A stretch of 64,000 nucleotides of DNA from Rhodobacter sp. GTDB lineage: Bacteria; Pseudomonadota; Alphaproteobacteria; Rhodobacterales; Rhodobacteraceae. Under the pieces are notes generated by a model, which was not told where the DNA came from, ran no database searches, and saw only the letters and a program-made list of their open reading frames with translations. The stretch is taken from NCBI GenBank assembly GCA_022824145.1, contig JAJEAY010000139.1, forward strand, positions 9,781-73,780, given 5' to 3'. Shown here one piece after another: positions 59,458 through 64,000 of the stretch. Each line of letters starts with the position of its first letter. Positions within the stretch are counted from its first letter, which is position 1. The position numbers and the translations under genes are program-made.

Positions 59458-59793
59458 ATGAGCGTGACGCGCGACGAACTGCAGGAGGCTGGCGCCAGTC
59501 CGGAACTGGCGCGGATTCTGGCTGACCGGCTGCCCCGCCGCGAATCGAGCGATCTGACGCGGCATCCGATGGCCGCGATCATCCTGACTGCCTTCATAGG
59601 AGCGTTGGCATGGCTGGGTGTCGCAGTGACGAATACCCAAACCGATGTGGCGCTTCTTCAAAGAGATGTCGCTGAGATCAAGGAGAGACAGGTGCTCATG
59701 GCCGCGGACATCACCGAAATCAAAGAGAGACAGGCGCTCATGGCCGCGGACATCGCCGAGATTAGGGAGCTGCTGCTCGAAATCCGGAATTGA
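59458..59793 (+). CDS. Small membrane-anchored coiled-coil protein with internal tandem repeat
   Basis: 111 aa with a central TM helix (MAAIILTAFIGALAWLGVAV) and a C-terminal heptad-like repeat. G/C-ending codons predominate. A possible promoter is TTGAGG (59397) -18 nt- TATATG (59421). The RBS is weak. Confidence 0.5.
   Translation: MSVTRDELQEAGASPELARILADRLPRRESSDLTRHPMAAIILTAFIGALAWLGVAVTNTQTDVALLQRDVAEIKERQVLMAADITEIKERQALMAADIAEIRELLLEIRN
59665..59778 (+). repeat. 42-bp tandem repeat, about 2.7 copies, in frame within the small ORF
   Basis: Units at 59665-59706 (DVAEIKERQVLMAA) and 59707-59748 (DITEIKERQALMAA), plus a partial unit at 59749-59778 (DIAEIRELLL). The units differ at a few positions. 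Confidence 0.85.
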
Positions 59794-59949
59794 CGCTGGC
59801 TGCCATTTGTCGGGCGACCATCGACATCTTCTCAAGATTTTTTGTTCTCACGCGAGCCGTCTTTCCCAGACAGCATGACAGCGCAGGAGACCTGCAGGTG
59901 CGGCCCAGAATTGTCTTTCGGGCCGCTGCCAAGGCGCGGCGCCCGCAGA

Positions 59950-60431
59950 TCTTCCTCCGGAGCAACCGCAGCGAACGCCCGTCCGCTTCCATCAAACGCA
60001 TTCCGATCTCCGGCTTCCGGAACCGCCCCGTTTCGTCACCTGCCCTTGCCATGAACGTCCCTGCAGCGGTCCCTTCTTTGCTGTCCCGCAGGTCAAGCGC
60101 TGGCCGAGGCAGCCCAGCCGCTCAGGTATGGAAAGCCGCTCAGTTCTGGGCGCAACTTGAACTGAACGGTTTCCAGATGGCGTCGATGGATTGGACGAGC
60201 CCTTCACCGATGCCCTGAAAGCAGCCCAGATCCCGCTCCATGTGCACATGAATGTTCATGGCAGCCTGCCGTACAGATCCAGCCGGCGGAGCTGCGGCCT
60301 AACCCTTCACTACTGCTGTCGACAACTGCCCTCGCGAAGAAAGGATCACCGGCGGCTGGCGGACCTTTCCCCGGCCGGACAACGACGATATTTCGAAAGT
60401 CTCAAATCCGCATGTCGTCGGAAACAACCAG
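59950..60431 (+). pseudogene. Decayed PhyH dioxygenase remnant (paralog of 47753..48577)
   Basis: Collinear with 48040-48577. Examples: GAGCCCTTCACC at 60197 vs 48305, and an identical 24-mer CCGGACAACGACGATATTTCGAAA at 60375 vs 48521. It carries a 51-bp deletion, lacks the N-terminal HxD region, and has no intact frame. Confidence 0.65.
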
Positions 60432-60446
60432 GAAAGGTCGCCCGCA

Positions 60447-60587
60447 ATGAGGATCAGATGGTACGGACACGCTGCATTTGGCATATTTTCGGATGAAGGT
60501 CCGAGCAAAGACTCGGAGAACGTCAACTGGATGACATCTGGAACCAAGCGCGTGCACGGCGCTCACCAAGCAATACATCACAATTGA
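60447..60587 (+). pseudogene. Chimeric remnant: first 20 codons of the MBL hydrolase gene joined in frame to a 21-codon internal fragment of the family-5 SBP gene
   Basis: ATGAGGATCAGATGGTACGGACA is identical at 60447 and 48593. From 60508 the sequence matches 49462-49524 (..GGAGAAC.TCAACTGGATGAC..CTGGAACCAAGCGC.TGCACGGCGCTCACCA). This implies an ~808-bp deletion relative to the intact copy. Confidence 0.6.
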
Positions 60588-60655
60588 GATCCAACAGGTG
60601 GTATACTCATTCGACCGCAAGGGCGGCTGGCAAACGACTTGAGGGAGAAGCATCG

Positions 60656-62431
60656 ATGTCAATTGCAAGAAATCCTTCCGATCCAAGCTCCGGCGGGCAC
60701 CAGAGGCCGGAAACCGAGGCGGAGGCAATCGCACCGGTAAACGGAACATCCTATCTGCGGGGATGTCCCCATCCCCCTTTGGTCGAAGTCACGATTCCGC
60801 AGCTGCTCAGCCAGGCAGTGTCCCGGTTTGGCCAGCGCGAAGCCCTGGTCTTCTCCGAGCGCGGCATCAGAATGAGTTACGAAGATCTGGACCATGCAGT
60901 CAATGAAGTTGCATCCGGTTTGCTGGCACTTGGGCTCAACAGGGGCGAGCGGGTCGGAATCTGGTCCCCCAACCGACCGGAATGGGTGCTCACCCAGTTC
61001 GCGACCGCCCGAGTGGGTCTGGTATTGGTCAACATCAATCCGGCGTACCGTCCGGCCGAGCTGGAATACGTGCTGAACAAAGTTGGCTGCCGGGCTCTCG
61101 TTTCGGCCAGACGCTTCAGAAAATCCGACTATCTCGCGATGCTCCGGGAGGTCGCGCCAGAGCTGGATCACTGCACGCCGGGTCAACTGCAAGCCGCAGG
61201 GATTCCGCAGCTGCGCAATGTAATTGTAATTGACGACGGTTCCTGCGCCGGGGCGCATTCTTTCGAACAGCTTCGCGAATTGGGCAGATCCGAACGGAAA
61301 TCCAGCCTGCCCGAAATCGACGGGACGATCGGCCCGGACGACTCGATCAATATCCAGTTTACTTCCGGAACAACTGGCTTGCCCAAGGGAGCGACCCTTT
61401 CGCATCGCAACGTTGTCAACAACGCACGCTACGTGACCGACCGAATCAACCTGACCGAGACCGACAGGCTCGCGATTCCGGTTCCGCTCTATCACTGCTT
61501 TGGCATGGTCATGGGAGTATTGGGGGCCGTCAGCAAAGGGGCAGCGATGATCTTCCCGGGCGAGGGTTTCGATGCAGAGCAAACCCTTGATGTACTGGAG
61601 AGCGAGCGCTGCACAGCTGTTTACGGTGTTCCGACGATGTTTGTCGCGATGCTTGAGAATCTCGAGCGCAAGGCAAGGAATCTGTCTGGCCTGCGAACCG
61701 GCATCATGGCTGGAGCCCCTTGTCCCGTAGAGGTAATGAGGCGTGTCATGTCAGAAATGAACATGGCGGAAGTGACAATCTGCTATGGAATGACGGAAAC
61801 CTCGCCGGTCTCGTTCCAGAGCTTCGTCGATGACCCGATCGACAAGCGCTGCGAAACCGTGGGCCGGGTGCATCCCCATCTCGAGGTCAAGCTTGTCGAC
61901 GACGACGGCCGGACCGTTCCGGTCGGACAGAAAGGCGAACTGTGCACTCGCGGCTATGCGGTAATGAAGGGTTACTGGGACGACGAAAAAAGAACCTCAG
62001 AGAGCATCGTGGATGGCTGGATGCACAGCGGCGATCTCGCGGTCTTCGATAACGACGGATTCTGCTCGATCGTTGGCCGGGTGAAGGACATGATCATTCG
62101 CGGCGGCGAGAACATCTTTCCTCGCGAAATCGAGGAGCAACTGATCCGGCACCCAAAGGTCAGCAGCGCCCAGGTCTTCGGCGTGCCTGATGAGAGGTTC
62201 GGCGAGGAAGTCTGCGCCTGGGCAATCGCAAAACCGGAAGTCGAACTGGCCGAACACGAATTGCGGAACTACCTGACCGGACGGATCGCACATTTCAAGA
62301 TACCCCGGCACATCCGGGTGGTTGAGGAAATCCCGATGACGATAACGGGCAAACCCCAGAAATTTGTCATGCGCGAACGGATGGCTGAACTGCTTTCCCG
62401 GCAACGCCCCGGTCGCAGCCGGCATGAATGA
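60656..62431 (+). CDS. AMP-binding acyl-CoA synthetase (ACSF2/medium-chain fatty-acid--CoA ligase-like)
   Basis: FTSGTTGLPKGATLSH, YGMTETSP, GDLAVFDNDGFCSIVGRVKDMIIRGGENI and ITGKPQKF. The ATG at 60656 follows GAGGGAGAAG. Confidence 0.9.
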   Translation: MSIARNPSDPSSGGHQRPETEAEAIAPVNGTSYLRGCPHPPLVEVTIPQLLSQAVSRFGQREALVFSERGIRMSYEDLDHAVNEVASGLLALGLNRGERVGIWSPNRPEWVLTQFATARVGLVLVNINPAYRPAELEYVLNKVGCRALVSARRFRKSDYLAMLREVAPELDHCTPGQLQAAGIPQLRNVIVIDDGSCAGAHSFEQLRELGRSERKSSLPEIDGTIGPDDSINIQFTSGTTGLPKGATLSHRNVVNNARYVTDRINLTETDRLAIPVPLYHCFGMVMGVLGAVSKGAAMIFPGEGFDAEQTLDVLESERCTAVYGVPTMFVAMLENLERKARNLSGLRTGIMAGAPCPVEVMRRVMSEMNMAEVTICYGMTETSPVSFQSFVDDPIDKRCETVGRVHPHLEVKLVDDDGRTVPVGQKGELCTRGYAVMKGYWDDEKRTSESIVDGWMHSGDLAVFDNDGFCSIVGRVKDMIIRGGENIFPREIEEQLIRHPKVSSAQVFGVPDERFGEEVCAWAIAKPEVELAEHELRNYLTGRIAHFKIPRHIRVVEEIPMTITGKPQKFVMRERMAELLSRQRPGRSRHE

Positions 62432-62828
62432 CCAGAATATTTGTGTCGCAAGCCGGCCGGAACGGCCGCATTTCCCGGACTTCCTCTGTCAATCGGCAGC
62501 AGGTAAAGAGAAAAGACGCTTAACACGTTAAGTTTTTTGTGCCAAAGTGCATTCGTGACCGGGCTTGATCCACTCGATTACCAATTGAAGGCGCGGAGGT
62601 CGGAACGACGTGGTGTTCACTGGACTTCAGACTCATTCGGTCGAGTTCAATGGATCGGCACCTGTAACGCACTTCAGCTGCAGTGCTGACCGCAGAGGCG
62701 GCAATCGGCAACGGGCAAACCATGAGGACCGCCCGGAACCATTTCGCTTTGGGTGTGAACTCTGTGCAATCGGGTAATATTGCGCGGGAACTGAACTGGA
62801 GAACCGAGGACTAAAGGGAGGAAGCCAA

Positions 62829-63878
62829 ATGTCCGGAATGATGAGAATCACTGGAATTGCGTTGTCCTGTGCATTCGCGATGCAGGCGAACGCCCAGATG
62901 AATCTGTCAGCAGAAACTGCGAATGCCGGCGGCGTGCCGGGCAACACCGTTCTGGCCCTCGGCGAAGTCGCCTCGGCGGCAGGAATTGCGGACATACAGG
63001 TCGCAACCGGCCAGACCCTGACCAACAGCCTTCAGAACACTGCAGAAGGCAAGACAGACATAACCGCAGCGCCGTTCCTGCTTCCGTTCCTGATGTCGAA
63101 GGGCCTCGGCCCGTATGCGAAGCTCGGCGAGGAAACCGGCAAGGAATACGCGGACCGGCTCGCTGTGCTCTACACCTACCGGTTGGGCGTGTTCGGGCTC
63201 TACGCCTACGACAGCAAGAACTTCGGAGGCTACGGCGACATTGCCGGAAAGACCATCTATAACGGCCCGCCAAGGGGCGCCGCACTTACCAACGCGCGGG
63301 GGGTTGTCAAAATTGCGACCGGTCTGGACGACGGCGATGGATACACTGGATTGCAGGTGAATTGGGACCAAGCAGTCAAGACGATAACCGACGGGTCGGC
63401 GGATGCCATGGTGCTGCCGGTCAGCTTCCCGGACGGGAGGATCACCCAGTCGGTTGCCTCTGGCAACATGACGCTCTGGTCGTATCCAAAGGAGATCTAC
63501 GAAAGCGAAGCGGCGGCAAAATACATGAAAGCCCCGGGCTCAGGTACGTTTGACGTTCCCGTCTCGGATGCGGTGATGCCCGAAGGTGTGACCATCATAT
63601 CGGAAGATGGTCGTTTCCGCGGCATCGCGACAGTTGGCGGTGAAATCGTCCGCAAGGAAATGGACGGGGAACTCGCCTACAGCCTGACCAAGGCGTTTCT
63701 GGACAATCTGGAACTCTACAGGTCAAAGACACCATTCATGCGTACTGTCGGACTTGGCGAAATTGCCGATCTGGGCACCACTGGCATGTGCGGCGCCATG
63801 CCGCTGAAATACCATCCCGGCGCTGTCCGCGCCTGGGAGGAAGCCGGATATTCAGTGCCTGACTGCGCCAAGCCTTAA
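62829..63878 (+). CDS. TAXI-family TRAP transporter solute receptor
   Basis: Signal peptide. C-terminal ..PLKYHPGAVRAWEEAGY is typical of TAXI receptors. AAAGGGAGGAAG RBS. Confidence 0.85.
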   Translation: MSGMMRITGIALSCAFAMQANAQMNLSAETANAGGVPGNTVLALGEVASAAGIADIQVATGQTLTNSLQNTAEGKTDITAAPFLLPFLMSKGLGPYAKLGEETGKEYADRLAVLYTYRLGVFGLYAYDSKNFGGYGDIAGKTIYNGPPRGAALTNARGVVKIATGLDDGDGYTGLQVNWDQAVKTITDGSADAMVLPVSFPDGRITQSVASGNMTLWSYPKEIYESEAAAKYMKAPGSGTFDVPVSDAVMPEGVTIISEDGRFRGIATVGGEIVRKEMDGELAYSLTKAFLDNLELYRSKTPFMRTVGLGEIADLGTTGMCGAMPLKYHPGAVRAWEEAGYSVPDCAKP

Positions 63879-63899
63879 ACACGGCACGGATTCCGCGAA

Positions 63900-63928
63900 C
63901 CGGGCCCCTCAACTGCATTGGGGCCCGG
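63900..63928 (+). other. Perfect 9-bp GC hairpin between the TAXI receptor gene and the next ORF
   Basis: CCGGGCCCC (63900-63908), an 11-nt loop, GGGGCCCGG (63920-63928). No U tract follows, so it may be a processing or attenuation element rather than a terminator. Confidence 0.4.
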
Positions 63929-63940
63929 ATCCGGCAGTCT

Positions 63941-64000
63941 ATGACAGACGCACAACCCCCTCCTCAGTCTGAGGCAACGGAAAAAAGCACGGCGACGCAC
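63941..64000 (+). CDS. Start of a downstream ORF, probably the TRAP fused permease partner; 3' end outside the window
   Basis: ATG at 63941 with an open frame to the window end (MTDAQPPPQSEATEKSTATH). Function is inferred only from the usual TAXI receptor/permease gene order. Confidence 0.35.
   Translation, partial: MTDAQPPPQSEATEKSTATH

Noticed and set aside
59665-59778. Tandem repeats considered as a possible CRISPR-like or minisatellite array.
   Set aside because: There are only about 2.7 contiguous copies with no spacers, and they are perfectly in frame within an ORF. This is a coding tandem repeat, not a CRISPR array.
59239-59835. 198-aa minus-strand ORF overlapping the small repeat-containing ORF.
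   Set aside because: It is Arg-rich and low-complexity, with no TM or domain logic. The + strand ORF has coherent TM and coiled-coil architecture and better codon bias.
1-64000. Search for mobile elements, integrases, transposases, phage genes, CRISPR-Cas, restriction-modification systems or known defence systems.
   Set aside because: No ORF in any frame shows the corresponding signatures (DDE, tyrosine-recombinase R..HxxR..Y, Cas, methylase motifs). The only toxin-antitoxin-like material is degraded.

Overview
GC-rich chromosomal segment whose gene content and protein signatures look alphaproteobacterial (marine Rhodobacterales/Rhizobiales-like). The taxon cannot be fixed from this window. 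I support about 50 protein genes, nearly all metabolic or transport. No rRNA, tRNA, CRISPR array, transposase or integrase was found.

Layout, left to right:
- prpE (cut by the window edge), an orphan secreted protein, a YbfF-like esterase, glyA and nadK.
- A 1.4-kb gene-poor stretch (6261-7649), followed by a DUF1902 gene with a degraded hicA next to it.
- A DUF442 sulfur-transferase-like gene, a DMGDH-like flavoenzyme, a persulfide-dioxygenase-like MBL, acyP and lepA.
- A three-gene operon: stand-alone receiver, tiny 2-TM protein, and an SLC5-STAC histidine kinase.
- A ScfR-type regulator divergent from a LivJHMGF-type ABC importer fused in operon with acs.
- A complete reductive pyrimidine catabolism locus: NitT/TauT-type ABC transporter, dihydropyrimidinase, carbamoyl-amidohydrolase, rutR with a near-consensus RutR box, preA and preT.
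- A LysR-linked CUT1 sugar-type ABC operon that carries a tandem SnoaL/NTF2 protein and has no ATPase gene.
- An AraC-controlled operon of about 11 kb: two PhyH dioxygenases, an MBL hydrolase, a family-5 ABC importer and a cytoplasmic GH38 alpha-mannosidase.
- A 1.7-kb stretch (58880-60587) that reads as a decayed, internally deleted second copy of the head of that operon. It also holds a small ORF with 42-bp in-frame tandem repeats.
- An ACSF2-like acyl-CoA ligase and a TAXI-TRAP receptor.

The items most worth follow-up are the GH38/PhyH operon, its ghost duplicate, the SLC5-STAC kinase module, and the ScfR-HAAT-acs operon. All calls come from reading the sequence and ORF translations by eye. 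No searches or alignments were run.
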